Made by a program: the position numbers and the translations under genes | Shown: positions 18,952-26,388 of the stretch, piece after piece | Numbering within the stretch: the first letter of the stretch is position 1 | Layout of the letters: every line of letters begins with the position of its first letter | The notes under the pieces: generated by a model | Seen by the model: the letters and a program-made list of their open reading frames with translations, nothing else | What the model was told of the DNA's origin: nothing | Databases searched by the model: none | From: a virus | IMG/VR virus record: IMGVR_UViG_3300045988_174665 | Length of the DNA: 64,000 nt | Strand: one strand, 5' to 3'

Positions 18952-18988
18952 TCACTAAAAATTTTTTAAAATTTTTTTTAAAAAACTA

Positions 18989-19017
18989 TTGACAAATTCA
19001 ATTTTATAATGTATAAT
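18989..19017 (+). promoter_or_regulatory. early promoter
   Basis: TTGACA-17-TATAAT. Confidence 0.7.
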
Positions 19018-19049
19018 TAGTATATCAAATAAAGAAAGAGGTTTTCACT

Positions 19050-19502
19050 ATGACAACTATCGCAACAATTTTAACTACCTTAATTATATGTGCCGTGACA
19101 GGACTTTTACCTTTAATAATAGTCAAAACTTATTTGGCTATTGAAAGTCATTTCATCAAGAAAGATATTTTAAATAATAAGTTCCTTTATCTGGCTTATT
19201 TAAATAAAGCCGAGGAAAGGGAAAAATACGGTAGAAGAGCTTGGTACATTGGGAAAAGAAAAAAAGCTTTAAAAAATAAGGTTGATAACTATTACAATGA
19301 GATTCATTATTTACCAAAATATATGGTATCTTGTAAAGAAACAGAAATCGAACAGACTAAAATTTATATTAGTGAATGGGAAACTATCCGTCAACGCAAC
19401 TGGGAAAAATTAGATAAAATTGATACAGAATTAAATAAATGGAAAAAATTCCATTCATTAAAAACTTATGACGAGGAAAAAATCAGGCAGATACTTGCCT
19501 GA
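19050..19502 (+). CDS. N-terminally membrane-anchored hypothetical protein
   Basis: ORF track; TM segment followed by a charged helical region. Confidence 0.55.
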   Translation: MTTIATILTTLIICAVTGLLPLIIVKTYLAIESHFIKKDILNNKFLYLAYLNKAEEREKYGRRAWYIGKRKKALKNKVDNYYNEIHYLPKYMVSCKETEIEQTKIYISEWETIRQRNWEKLDKIDTELNKWKKFHSLKTYDEEKIRQILA

Positions 19503-19510
19503 TTTTTTTT
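19481..19510 (+). terminator. intrinsic terminator
   Basis: AATCAGGCA-loop-TGCCTGATT hairpin followed by T8. Confidence 0.65.
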
Positions 19511-19518
19511 ATTGTAAA

Positions 19519-19594
19519 TTGCGTCTAAACTTTAAGAAATTAAGACTTAGACGGCAACCGTCTAAAATAAAGAATTGAAAGTTTAGACGCAAAA
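19519..19594. repeat. tripartite TTTAGACG element 3
   Basis: TTGCGTCTAAAC ... TTAGACGGCAACCGTCTAAA ... GTTTAGACGCAAAA. Confidence 0.85.
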
Positions 19595-19632
19595 TTACTC
19601 AAAAAATTTTTAAAAAATTTTTTAAAAAACTA

Positions 19633-19661
19633 TTGACTTTTAAAAGTTTTTGCTATATAAT
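19633..19661 (+). promoter_or_regulatory. orphan early promoter with RBS-like leader but no ORF
   Basis: TTGACT-17-TATAAT followed by ATATACATAAGATAAAGAAAGGAAAG with no start codon or ORF. Confidence 0.55.
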
Positions 19662-19739
19662 ATATACATAAGATAAAGAAAGGAAAGACAAAAACTTAAA
19701 AAACTTTTAAAAAAATTTTTAAAAAATTTTAAAAAACTA

Positions 19740-19768
19740 TTGACAAATAAAAAATTCTATGATATAAT
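19740..19768 (+). promoter_or_regulatory. early promoter
   Basis: TTGACA-17-TATAAT. Confidence 0.65.
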
Positions 19769-19845
19769 AAGTACAGAAAGTTAAGAGATTAACTTTTAAA
19801 TAAAAATAGGGTTGCGACCTAACGCTAAAAAAGAAAGGATATATT

Positions 19846-20235
19846 ATGACAAACAGAGAATTTTTGAACAGCGTAATTAACAACAACATTGACACTGCCG
19901 TTATTGATTTTGCCGAAAATCAGCTTGCAAAGCTTGATGAACGCAATAAAAAGCGTTCAAGCACAATGAACGCAAGACAGAAAGAGAACGAAAGCATCAA
20001 GGCTGAAATTATTGATTTTATCAAGGAAAACGGTCAGAGTGTTGTCGCAAGTGAAATCGGCGAACAGTTCGGCTTTTCTACTCAGAAAGCAAGTGCATTG
20101 CTCAGACAGCTTGCTGAAAGTGGTACGCTTGCCGTTGACACCGTAAAAATTCCAAAGAAAGGAAAGGTAAAGGCTTATAGCCTTGCGGGCAATGAAATGA
20201 CTGCGGACACCGAAAACGATACCGAAAATGAATAA
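19846..20235 (+). CDS. winged-helix DNA-binding protein (paralog of 27382..27741)
   Basis: Shared ...REF.N.......DFA.NQ...LD.RN.KR ... STQKASALLRQL...G.L......IPKKGK.K.Y. Confidence 0.6.
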   Translation: MTNREFLNSVINNNIDTAVIDFAENQLAKLDERNKKRSSTMNARQKENESIKAEIIDFIKENGQSVVASEIGEQFGFSTQKASALLRQLAESGTLAVDTVKIPKKGKVKAYSLAGNEMTADTENDTENE

Positions 20236-20237
20236 GT

Positions 20238-20271
20238 AAAAATAAGGTGGGCAACAGTCCACCTTATTTTT
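20238..20271 (+). terminator. intrinsic terminator
   Basis: AATAAGGTGG-loop-CCACCTTATT hairpin followed by TTT. Confidence 0.65.
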
Positions 20272-20278
20272 ACCCAAA

Positions 20279-20362
20279 TTTGCGTCTAAACTATTAGTTA
20301 AAAAATTTAGACGACAACCGTCTAAAGGTTATTTTATCGAAAAATAAACTTTAGACGCAAAA
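20279..20362. repeat. tripartite TTTAGACG element 4
   Basis: TTGCGTCTAAAC ... TTTAGACGACAACCGTCTAAA ... TTTAGACGCAAAA. Confidence 0.85.
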
Positions 20363-20378
20363 TTAACTTAAAAAACTA

Positions 20379-20407
20379 TTGATTTTTTAAAAAATTTATT
20401 GTATAAT
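20379..20407 (+). promoter_or_regulatory. early promoter
   Basis: TTGATT-17-TATAAT. Confidence 0.6.
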
Positions 20408-20442
20408 TATTATAGAAAATAAAAGAAAGGAGTTTATCAAAA

Positions 20443-20880
20443 ATGAATATTATGGTAAAATCACAAATTGAACTTGACAAAATTCCACTCGATACAAAAG
20501 CACAAATTTCTATTAAATTTGGAACTATTAAAAATCCCGCTGTTGTAAAAAATAAATATTTTTACAATATTTTAGTATATGGTAAAAGCGTGGTAAAAGT
20601 ATATGGCAATAGCAATATTGTAGCATTTGATAATAGTACTATTCTAACATATGATAATAGTATTGTTGAGGCATTTGGCAATAGTACTGTTATAGCTTGT
20701 AACAATAGTTTTGTTAGAACATATGATAATAGCACTATTACAGCATATGATAATAGTATTGTTGAAGCATTTGATAATAGTACAGTTGAAGCATTTGACA
20801 ATAGTACTATTATAGCTTGTCATAATAGTTTTGTTAAAACATATGATAATAGTACTATTAAAGTATATAATAATGCTTAA
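20443..20880 (+). CDS. decapeptide-repeat (DNSxVxAx) beta-solenoid-like protein
   Basis: About 10 tandem 10-aa repeats. The N-terminus is homologous to 54036..55004. Confidence 0.6.
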   Translation: MNIMVKSQIELDKIPLDTKAQISIKFGTIKNPAVVKNKYFYNILVYGKSVVKVYGNSNIVAFDNSTILTYDNSIVEAFGNSTVIACNNSFVRTYDNSTITAYDNSIVEAFDNSTVEAFDNSTIIACHNSFVKTYDNSTIKVYNNA

Positions 20881-20928
20881 AAAAATATTAAAAAAGTAAT
20901 ATAATTTTAATAAATAAATTAATTTTAA

Positions 20929-20963
20929 AAATAAACGATTTATCTAAAATCGTTTATTTTTTT
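20929..20963 (+). terminator. intrinsic terminator
   Basis: ATAAACGATT-loop-AATCGTTTAT hairpin followed by a T-run. Confidence 0.6.
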
Positions 20964-20971
20964 AACTTAAA

Positions 20972-21050
20972 TTGCGTCTAAACTATTAGTTAAGAATTTA
21001 GACGCTAACCGTCTAAAGCCATTTAATTGAGATAGAGTTTAGACGCAAAA
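20972..21050. repeat. tripartite TTTAGACG element 5
   Basis: TTGCGTCTAAAC ... TTTAGACGCTAACCGTCTAAA ... GTTTAGACGCAAAA. Confidence 0.85.
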
Positions 21051-21089
21051 TTTGCCCTAAAAATTTTTTAAAAATTTTTTAAAAAGCTA

Positions 21090-21118
21090 TTGACAAAATC
21101 AATTTTATAATGTATAAT
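21090..21118 (+). promoter_or_regulatory. orphan early promoter with RBS-like leader but no ORF
   Basis: TTGACA-17-TATAAT followed by ATATACATAAGATAAAGAAAGGAAAAAC with no ORF. Confidence 0.55.
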
Positions 21119-21171
21119 ATATACATAAGATAAAGAAAGGAAAAACAAGAAACTTAAAAAATTAAAAACTA

Positions 21172-21199
21172 TTGATAAATAAAAAATCTATAATATAAT
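21172..21199 (+). promoter_or_regulatory. early promoter
   Basis: TTGATA-16-TATAAT. Confidence 0.5.
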
Positions 21200-21220
21200 A
21201 AATACAAAGGTGGAATTACA

Positions 21221-21514
21221 ATGAAAAAATTTGAGATTGAAACTATGCAAATAAACGAAACTATATATACAGAAAGTGTATTTGTGGGTACAGGTAGAGA
21301 AATATTAAATCTATACAAAAATTTAATGAAGCACACCGAAAGAGTGTGTAATAAATGGGAAAACAATAACGGACTCCCATATGTTGATATAAGAGGAATC
21401 CAAGGTATAGAATTGTATCTCACACAAGAATATTCCATAAACTGGACACCTCGTGTTCGGATTATGGGAAAGAATGAAACGGCAAAATTCCTATTAGAGA
21501 GATGTGAAATGTAG
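21221..21514 (+). CDS. hypothetical protein
   Basis: ORF track; AAAGGTGG RBS. Confidence 0.5.
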   Translation: MKKFEIETMQINETIYTESVFVGTGREILNLYKNLMKHTERVCNKWENNNGLPYVDIRGIQGIELYLTQEYSINWTPRVRIMGKNETAKFLLERCEM

Positions 21515-21558
21515 GAATCAGCCTATTCTTTCAAAAAATAAAATAACAAAAATATAAT

Positions 21559-21591
21559 CAAAGGGTGGGTAATAACTCACCTTTTATTTTT
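21559..21591 (+). terminator. intrinsic terminator
   Basis: AAAGGGTG...CACCTTT hairpin followed by a T-run. Confidence 0.55.
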
Positions 21592-21600
21592 TATTATAAT

Positions 21601-21680
21601 TTGCGTCTAAACTATTAATTAGACAAAGTTTAGACGATAGCCGTCTAAAGATTATTTTATTAAAACAACTTTAGACGAAA
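21601..21680. repeat. tripartite TTTAGACG element 6 (degenerate last arm)
   Basis: TTGCGTCTAAAC ... TTTAGACGATAGCCGTCTAAA ... TTTAGACGAAAAA. Confidence 0.8.
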
Positions 21681-21688
21681 AAAAAGTC

Positions 21689-21717
21689 TTGACTTTTAAA
21701 AGAAAATATATTATAAT
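21689..21717 (+). promoter_or_regulatory. early promoter
   Basis: TTGACT-17-TATAAT. Confidence 0.65.
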
Positions 21718-21739
21718 ATAGTTACAGAATAAAGAAAGG

Positions 21740-22186
21740 GTGCTTATTGTGACAGATGAAAGTTTAATGTTATTAGTATATTTTGGTGTTACCGCTTTTA
21801 TACTTTTTGGAGTGCTATTTGAATTACTATATAGCAAATTAAAATATATTAAAAAAATTAAAAAACAGCCACATAAATTCACGCAATTGTTGTATTATTA
21901 TAATACAATACAAAAATACACTAAAATGTGTATAGATTCACATAATATACTAATTAAAAAAATAACAGAACTAAATAATATATATAAAGCATTATTAACA
22001 GCAAGTAAAATAGAAGATATTGATAAAGTGACTTTATCAAAAAAAGTAGAAATTCAAAAACTTGTCATAAAAGACAACCTTTTGGAAACCTTGTTAAAAG
22101 AACAGGAAAATGCTTTTGAAGAATTAAAAAAAGAATTAAAAGTTGATAATTGTGATGAAAAACTAATTAAAAGGCTTACTAAATAA
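21740..22186 (+). CDS. membrane-anchored coiled-coil protein (start uncertain; a GTG at 21749 is possible)
   Basis: ORF track; N-terminal TM segment. Confidence 0.5.
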   Translation: MLIVTDESLMLLVYFGVTAFILFGVLFELLYSKLKYIKKIKKQPHKFTQLLYYYNTIQKYTKMCIDSHNILIKKITELNNIYKALLTASKIEDIDKVTLSKKVEIQKLVIKDNLLETLLKEQENAFEELKKELKVDNCDEKLIKRLTK

Positions 22187-22200
22187 GCCTTTTATTTTTT
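22170..22200 (+). terminator. intrinsic terminator
   Basis: AAAGGCTTA-CTAAA-TAAGCCTTT hairpin followed by a T-run. Confidence 0.65.
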
Positions 22201-22208
22201 GAAGAAAA

Positions 22209-22283
22209 GCGTCTAAACTATTATAACCTTTAGACGGCAACCGTCTAAATCAGCTTTAAAATAAAAAAGTTTAGACGCAAAAA
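22209..22283. repeat. tripartite TTTAGACG element 7
   Basis: GCGTCTAAAC ... TTTAGACGGCAACCGTCTAAA ... GTTTAGACGCAAAAA. Confidence 0.85.
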
Positions 22284-22288
22284 TTATC

Positions 22289-22317
22289 TTGACTTTTTTA
22301 AAAAAATATATTATAAT
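22289..22317 (+). promoter_or_regulatory. early promoter
   Basis: TTGACT-17-TATAAT. Confidence 0.65.
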
Positions 22318-22353
22318 TACTATAGAAAATAAAAGAAAAGAGGAAATTCAAAA

Positions 22354-22782
22354 ATGATTTATTTCGATATGGACGGAACAATCGCAGACTTTTATGGTGT
22401 TAATGGTTGGCTTGATTGCTTAAACAATGAGGACACAATGCCTTATAAAAGGGCTAAACCGTTAATAAAAATGAATGTTCTTGCAAGGGTATTAAACAAT
22501 TTACAGAAAAGAGGTTTTGAAATCGGTATAATTTCTTGGACTGCTAAAGACAGTTCTGAAAGCTATCATAAAGCTGTCGCAAGAGAAAAAGAACAATGGT
22601 TGCATACTCATTTGAAAAGTGTAAAATTTAATGAAATTAATATTCTTAAATATGGTGTTCCAAAAAGCACCGTAGCAACCGAAAACGATATTCTTTTTGA
22701 TGACGACAAAAGAGTTAGAAAAGAATTTTGCGGGCGGGCATTTGATGAAACAAAAATATTTGAAATCTTAAAGGCTCTTTAA
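22354..22782 (+). CDS. HAD-superfamily 5'(3')-deoxyribonucleotidase-like protein
   Basis: FDMDGTIADF (DxDGT motif I) and LFDDD motif. Confidence 0.65.
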   Translation: MIYFDMDGTIADFYGVNGWLDCLNNEDTMPYKRAKPLIKMNVLARVLNNLQKRGFEIGIISWTAKDSSESYHKAVAREKEQWLHTHLKSVKFNEINILKYGVPKSTVATENDILFDDDKRVRKEFCGRAFDETKIFEILKAL

Positions 22783-22797
22783 AGAGCCTTTAATTTT
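22768..22797 (+). terminator. intrinsic terminator
   Basis: TTAAAGGCTCTTTAAAGAGCCTTTAA palindrome followed by TTTT. Confidence 0.6.
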
Positions 22798-22805
22798 GCT
22801 ATAAT

Positions 22806-22877
22806 TTGCGTCTAAACTGCCGCTGCGACTTAGACGCTAACCGTCTAAAATAAAGAATTAAAAGTTTAGACGCAAAA
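22806..22877. repeat. tripartite TTTAGACG element 8
   Basis: TTGCGTCTAAAC ... TTAGACGCTAACCGTCTAAA ... GTTTAGACGCAAAA. Confidence 0.85.
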
Positions 22878-22914
22878 TTCATTTTTAAAATTTTAAAAAA
22901 TTTTCAAAAAACTA

Positions 22915-22943
22915 TTGACTTTTTAAAGTTTTTACTATATAAT
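22915..22943 (+). promoter_or_regulatory. early promoter
   Basis: TTGACT-17-TATAAT. Confidence 0.65.
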
Positions 22944-22974
22944 ATATACATAAGATAAAGAAAGGAAAATAACA

Positions 22975-23208
22975 ATGAAAAAGAAAAAGATATTTTGGGA
23001 ACTTATGGGGTATATAACCTTAACAGGTTTAATTATCGGACAAATTACTGTAGGCTACTGGTATTTATTTGCACAGCTTATTTATTTATTTTGTAATGCA
23101 GTTAATGTGCTTAGGGATTTCTCAGAGCATATGCCATATTCTTATAGAGTAAAGGATATTTGTTTTACTGCTATTACAATTGGTTTAATTTGTCTTTGGA
23201 TTTTTTAA
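22975..23208 (+). CDS. small multi-TM membrane protein
   Basis: ORF track; hydrophobic throughout. Confidence 0.5.
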   Translation: MKKKKIFWELMGYITLTGLIIGQITVGYWYLFAQLIYLFCNAVNVLRDFSEHMPYSYRVKDICFTAITIGLICLWIF

Positions 23209-23222
23209 AGGGGAGAAAATAA

Positions 23223-23642
23223 ATGTTAAATAATATTTTATATATCGCTATTGCCGCACTTATTACAATAATTATGGTATGGATTATTGAAATTTTTATT
23301 TATATTTCTAAAGTAAAAAAGAATAAAAATATTTTCAAAAGAATTGTAAGGTTGGAAAGAAGAATTTCAATTTACAACAAAAAATTAAAAAAATTGCATA
23401 CAAGTTATATTGCAGTTAAAGAGTTTGAAAAAATTACAGCCAATAGCTATTATAATAAAAAGTCCTCTTTCGCTGAATATAGTAGAGATATGGACAAAAC
23501 ATTAGATATTATGGAATTGATACAAATTACTATAAAAACTATTACAATAAGAAAACAAGAGGCAGAGAGAGAACGAAAAAGATTACAAGGCATTATAAAG
23601 GTTGATAAATTAAGATTTAAAATAATTGCAAGGTTCATTTGA
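23223..23642 (+). CDS. membrane-anchored coiled-coil protein
   Basis: ORF track; GGGGAG RBS. Confidence 0.5.
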   Translation: MLNNILYIAIAALITIIMVWIIEIFIYISKVKKNKNIFKRIVRLERRISIYNKKLKKLHTSYIAVKEFEKITANSYYNKKSSFAEYSRDMDKTLDIMELIQITIKTITIRKQEAERERKRLQGIIKVDKLRFKIIARFI

Positions 23643-23668
23643 GCCTTGCTTTTTATTTTCGTCAAAAA

Positions 23669-23742
23669 GCGTCTAAATCTTTAAGTTTCAGGGTTTAGAC
23701 GCTAACCGTCTAAATTTTATTTTAAGATTTTAGACGCAAAAA
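23669..23742. repeat. tripartite TTTAGACG element 9
   Basis: GCGTCTAAAT ... TTTAGACGCTAACCGTCTAAA ... TTTAGACGCAAAAA. An extra half-site lies at 23793-23804. Confidence 0.85.
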
Positions 23743-23840
23743 TTTGCTTTCTTTATAAAATTTTATTATAATTATCTTAAAGAAAAAGAAATTTTAGACG
23801 CAAATTTTTTAGAAATTCTAAAATTATTTTTAAAAAACTA

Positions 23841-23869
23841 TTGACAAACTAAAATTTCTAATGTATAAT
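23841..23869 (+). promoter_or_regulatory. early promoter
   Basis: TTGACA-17-TATAAT; overlaps the spurious N-terminal extension in the ORF track. Confidence 0.65.
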
Positions 23870-23902
23870 ATAATTGAAATTAAAAGAAAGGTGGCTACTT
23901 TT

Positions 23903-24262
23903 ATGGCAACACGCAAACAATTGAGAGAAGAAATCAAAAAGCATTATATGGAAAAATTCATTGACTTTTTGGATAAAAGTGGTGAAGATGTTTTGATTGT
24001 AGGTTCAAACAAGCTGGCTTTCCCTGTTACTGACAGCGAAAACAATGAAGATTTTATCGAGCTTACAATTAAAATTCCGATAGGTGCTAATAAAGGCACT
24101 GAACCATATGATGGATATGCAATGGCGGAAGACTACGAAATCCATCAGCGTGAAATGGCTGAAAAGAAAGAGAAAGCTAAGAAACTCAAAGAAGAAAAAA
24201 TCAAAAGAGATAAGTTGTACAGAGAAAACAAAAAAAGACAGAAAGAAGGAAGAGCGGTTTAA
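23903..24262 (+). CDS. hypothetical protein, paralog of 25394..25756
   Basis: Shared ...VGSN..AFP..D.E.NEDFI...K.P.GANKGTEPYDGYAMAEDYE.H... plus a K/E-rich tail. Confidence 0.55.
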   Translation: MATRKQLREEIKKHYMEKFIDFLDKSGEDVLIVGSNKLAFPVTDSENNEDFIELTIKIPIGANKGTEPYDGYAMAEDYEIHQREMAEKKEKAKKLKEEKIKRDKLYRENKKRQKEGRAV

Positions 24263-24276
24263 CCGCTCTTTTTTTA
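24249..24276 (+). terminator. intrinsic terminator
   Basis: AGAGCGG-TTTAA-CCGCTCT hairpin followed by T6. Confidence 0.65.
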
Positions 24277-24290
24277 AAACCTTTTTAAAT

Positions 24291-24368
24291 TTGCGTCTAA
24301 ACTATTAATTAGACAAAGTTTAGACGGTTGCCGTCTAAAGGTTAAAGATTAGAACTTTAGACGCAAAA
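24291..24368. repeat. tripartite TTTAGACG element 10
   Basis: TTGCGTCTAAAC ... TTTAGACGGTTGCCGTCTAAA ... TTTAGACGCAAAA. Confidence 0.85.
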
Positions 24369-24408
24369 TTTGCCTTAAAAAAATTTTTAAAAAACTTTTA
24401 AAAAACTA

Positions 24409-24437
24409 TTGACAAAATCAATTTTATAGTGTATAAT
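24409..24437 (+). promoter_or_regulatory. early promoter
   Basis: TTGACA-17-TATAAT. Confidence 0.7.
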
Positions 24438-24469
24438 AAGTACATAAATTAAAGAAAGGGTGTTCAAAA

Positions 24470-25147
24470 ATGAACGAGATAAAAATTGATAAACGAAAAA
24501 ATTATTATATGGTGTTTGATACGGAAACATCAAATTCACTTGATGACCCGATTATGTATGACTTGGGCGGTGCTATCATTGATAAAAAAGGTCAAGTATA
24601 TGAAACATTTTCTTTTGTAATATGGGATACTTTCTGTAATATGCGAGAGCTGATGAAAACTGCTTATTATTACGAAAAAGTACCGCAATACTGGGACGAA
24701 ATCAAAAGCGGTCAGCGTAAAATCGTATCACTTTTTACTGCAAAAAAATATTTTTATGACTTATGCAAAAAGTATAATGTAACGGCTATTATGGCACATA
24801 ACGCAAGGTTTGATTATAAGTCAACTAATGGTACTTTACGCTACTTGACAAAATCAAAATACCGCTATTTTTTGCCGTATGGCATACCACTATGGGACAC
24901 TTTAAGAATGGCAAAAAGTACGGTGTGCAAACAAAAGTCATATATAAAGTGGTGCAATAAATACGGTTATGTACAAAAAAACGGTCAGGTCAGGGCAACG
25001 GCTGAAATTTTATACCGTTATATGGTAGGTAATAACAATTATACAGAGTGCCACACTGGACTTGAAGATGTGTTAATTGAAAAAGAAATTTTTGTGTGGT
25101 GTATGCGACAGCACAAAAAAATGAATAAAAATTGTTTTAAGAAATAA
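24470..25147 (+). CDS. DEDDh (DnaQ-like) 3'-5' exonuclease
   Basis: Exo I FDTETS, Exo II AHNARFD, Exo III H.GLEDV. Confidence 0.75.
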   Translation: MNEIKIDKRKNYYMVFDTETSNSLDDPIMYDLGGAIIDKKGQVYETFSFVIWDTFCNMRELMKTAYYYEKVPQYWDEIKSGQRKIVSLFTAKKYFYDLCKKYNVTAIMAHNARFDYKSTNGTLRYLTKSKYRYFLPYGIPLWDTLRMAKSTVCKQKSYIKWCNKYGYVQKNGQVRATAEILYRYMVGNNNYTECHTGLEDVLIEKEIFVWCMRQHKKMNKNCFKK

Positions 25148-25170
25148 GGGCAATCGCCCTTATTTTTTTA
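25144..25170 (+). terminator. intrinsic terminator
   Basis: AAGGGC-AATC-GCCCTT hairpin followed by T7. Confidence 0.65.
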
Positions 25171-25210
25171 CTTTAATACTTTAACACTTTAAAGCATTAA
25201 AATCTCAAAT

Positions 25211-25291
25211 TCCGTCTAAACCGCAACGCCTAAGTTGAATTTTAGACGACAACCGTCTAAGTTTTTAACTGCTCAAAGTTTAGACGCAAAA
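25211..25291. repeat. tripartite TTTAGACG element 11
   Basis: TCCGTCTAAAC ... TTTAGACGACAACCGTCTAA ... GTTTAGACGCAAAA. Confidence 0.85.
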
Positions 25292-25332
25292 CTCCTTTTA
25301 AAAAATTTTTTAAAAAAACTTTTAAAAAACTA

Positions 25333-25361
25333 TTGACAAAATAGGCTTTATAGTATATAAT
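25333..25361 (+). promoter_or_regulatory. early promoter
   Basis: TTGACA-17-TATAAT. Confidence 0.7.
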
Positions 25362-25393
25362 ATATACATAAGATAAAGAGAGGAGTTAATCTA

Positions 25394-25756
25394 ATGAAAG
25401 TTTCAAGAAAGGTATTGCGTGACAAAAAGCGTAATGAATATGTCGAATTACTAACCGAGTTATTAAAACCCCGTGAAGATGTTTTGCGAGTCGGCAGTAA
25501 TGAGATTGCCTTTCCGATTGTTGATGACGAGGGCAACGAGGATTTTATTGTAATCACCGTCAAAGTACCGACTGGAGCAAATAAGGGAACAGAACCCTAT
25601 GACGGCTATGCAATGGCGGAGGACTATGAAATGCACCTCAAAGAAAAAGCCGAGAAAAAAGCAAAAGCCGAAAAAGCAAAGGCTGAAAAAATTGCCCGTG
25701 ATAAGGCATATCGAGAGGCAAAAAAGAAGCAAAAAGAAAAAAGAGTAGAGCAGTAA
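25394..25756 (+). CDS. hypothetical protein, paralog of 23903..24262
   Basis: See 23903..24262. Confidence 0.55.
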   Translation: MKVSRKVLRDKKRNEYVELLTELLKPREDVLRVGSNEIAFPIVDDEGNEDFIVITVKVPTGANKGTEPYDGYAMAEDYEMHLKEKAEKKAKAEKAKAEKIARDKAYREAKKKQKEKRVEQ

Positions 25757-25770
25757 TGCTCTACTTTTTT
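25743..25770 (+). terminator. intrinsic terminator
   Basis: AGTAGAGCA-GTAA-TGCTCTACT hairpin followed by T6. Confidence 0.65.
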
Positions 25771-25811
25771 AGCCTATTACTTTAGTGCTTTAAAGCGTTG
25801 AAGTCTAAAAC

Positions 25812-25898
25812 CCGTCTAAACTGCCGTAACGATAAAGATTAAAGTTTAGACGACAACCGTCTAAAGTTAACCCATATTGAAAGAGTTTAGACGCAAAA
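25812..25898. repeat. tripartite TTTAGACG element 12
   Basis: CCGTCTAAAC ... GTTTAGACGACAACCGTCTAAA ... GTTTAGACGCAAAA. Confidence 0.85.
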
Positions 25899-25928
25899 TT
25901 TATTTTAAAAAAAATTTTCTAAAAAGAC

Positions 25929-25957
25929 TTGACAAAATTTTCATTCTATGGTATAAT
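25929..25957 (+). promoter_or_regulatory. early promoter
   Basis: TTGACA-17-TATAAT. Confidence 0.7.
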
Positions 25958-25992
25958 TTATAAAGAATTAAAGAAAGGCGGTTTGATAACCA

Positions 25993-26364
25993 ATGCAACA
26001 AATTTATACAAGTAAATACGGCTCTATTTTTTCACGCACTAAAATTCCGAAAAAAGAGGGCGACTATGTTTATTTTATTCAAATCGGAACAACAAACGAA
26101 CGGCTTTTCAAAGTTGGCACAACAAATAATGTACTGCGGAGAATGAAAGAACATAACAAATACTATAAAAAAGATATTTATATTTTGTGGGTATCGCCCT
26201 GTTACTCAAAATATACCACTTTAAGGGTAGAGGATAACACAAAAAAAATATGGTCAACATTAACGGGATTTACCTATAAAAGAAATGACCGTTTTATAAT
26301 AAGTCCTGTTATAACCAAAGTACAAATAAAAGTCAGAAAAATTTATGAGATTGCACTTGAATAA
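25993..26364 (+). CDS. GIY-YIG / T5orf172-like domain protein
   Basis: YVYFIQIG ... FKVGTTNNVLRRMKEH resembles the GIY...YIG...R..E core. Confidence 0.45.
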   Translation: MQQIYTSKYGSIFSRTKIPKKEGDYVYFIQIGTTNERLFKVGTTNNVLRRMKEHNKYYKKDIYILWVSPCYSKYTTLRVEDNTKKIWSTLTGFTYKRNDRFIISPVITKVQIKVRKIYEIALE

Positions 26365-26380
26365 AGTGCAATCTTTTTTT
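26348..26380 (+). terminator. intrinsic terminator
   Basis: GATTGCACTT-GAATA-AAGTGCAATC hairpin followed by T7. Confidence 0.65.
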
Positions 26381-26388
26381 ATTAATAG

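Noticed and set aside
21169-21882. Minus-strand ORFs 21169..21438 and 21652..21882 in the early region.
   Set aside because: They overlap plus-strand promoters, repeats and genes that have clear signals, and they lack any start context.
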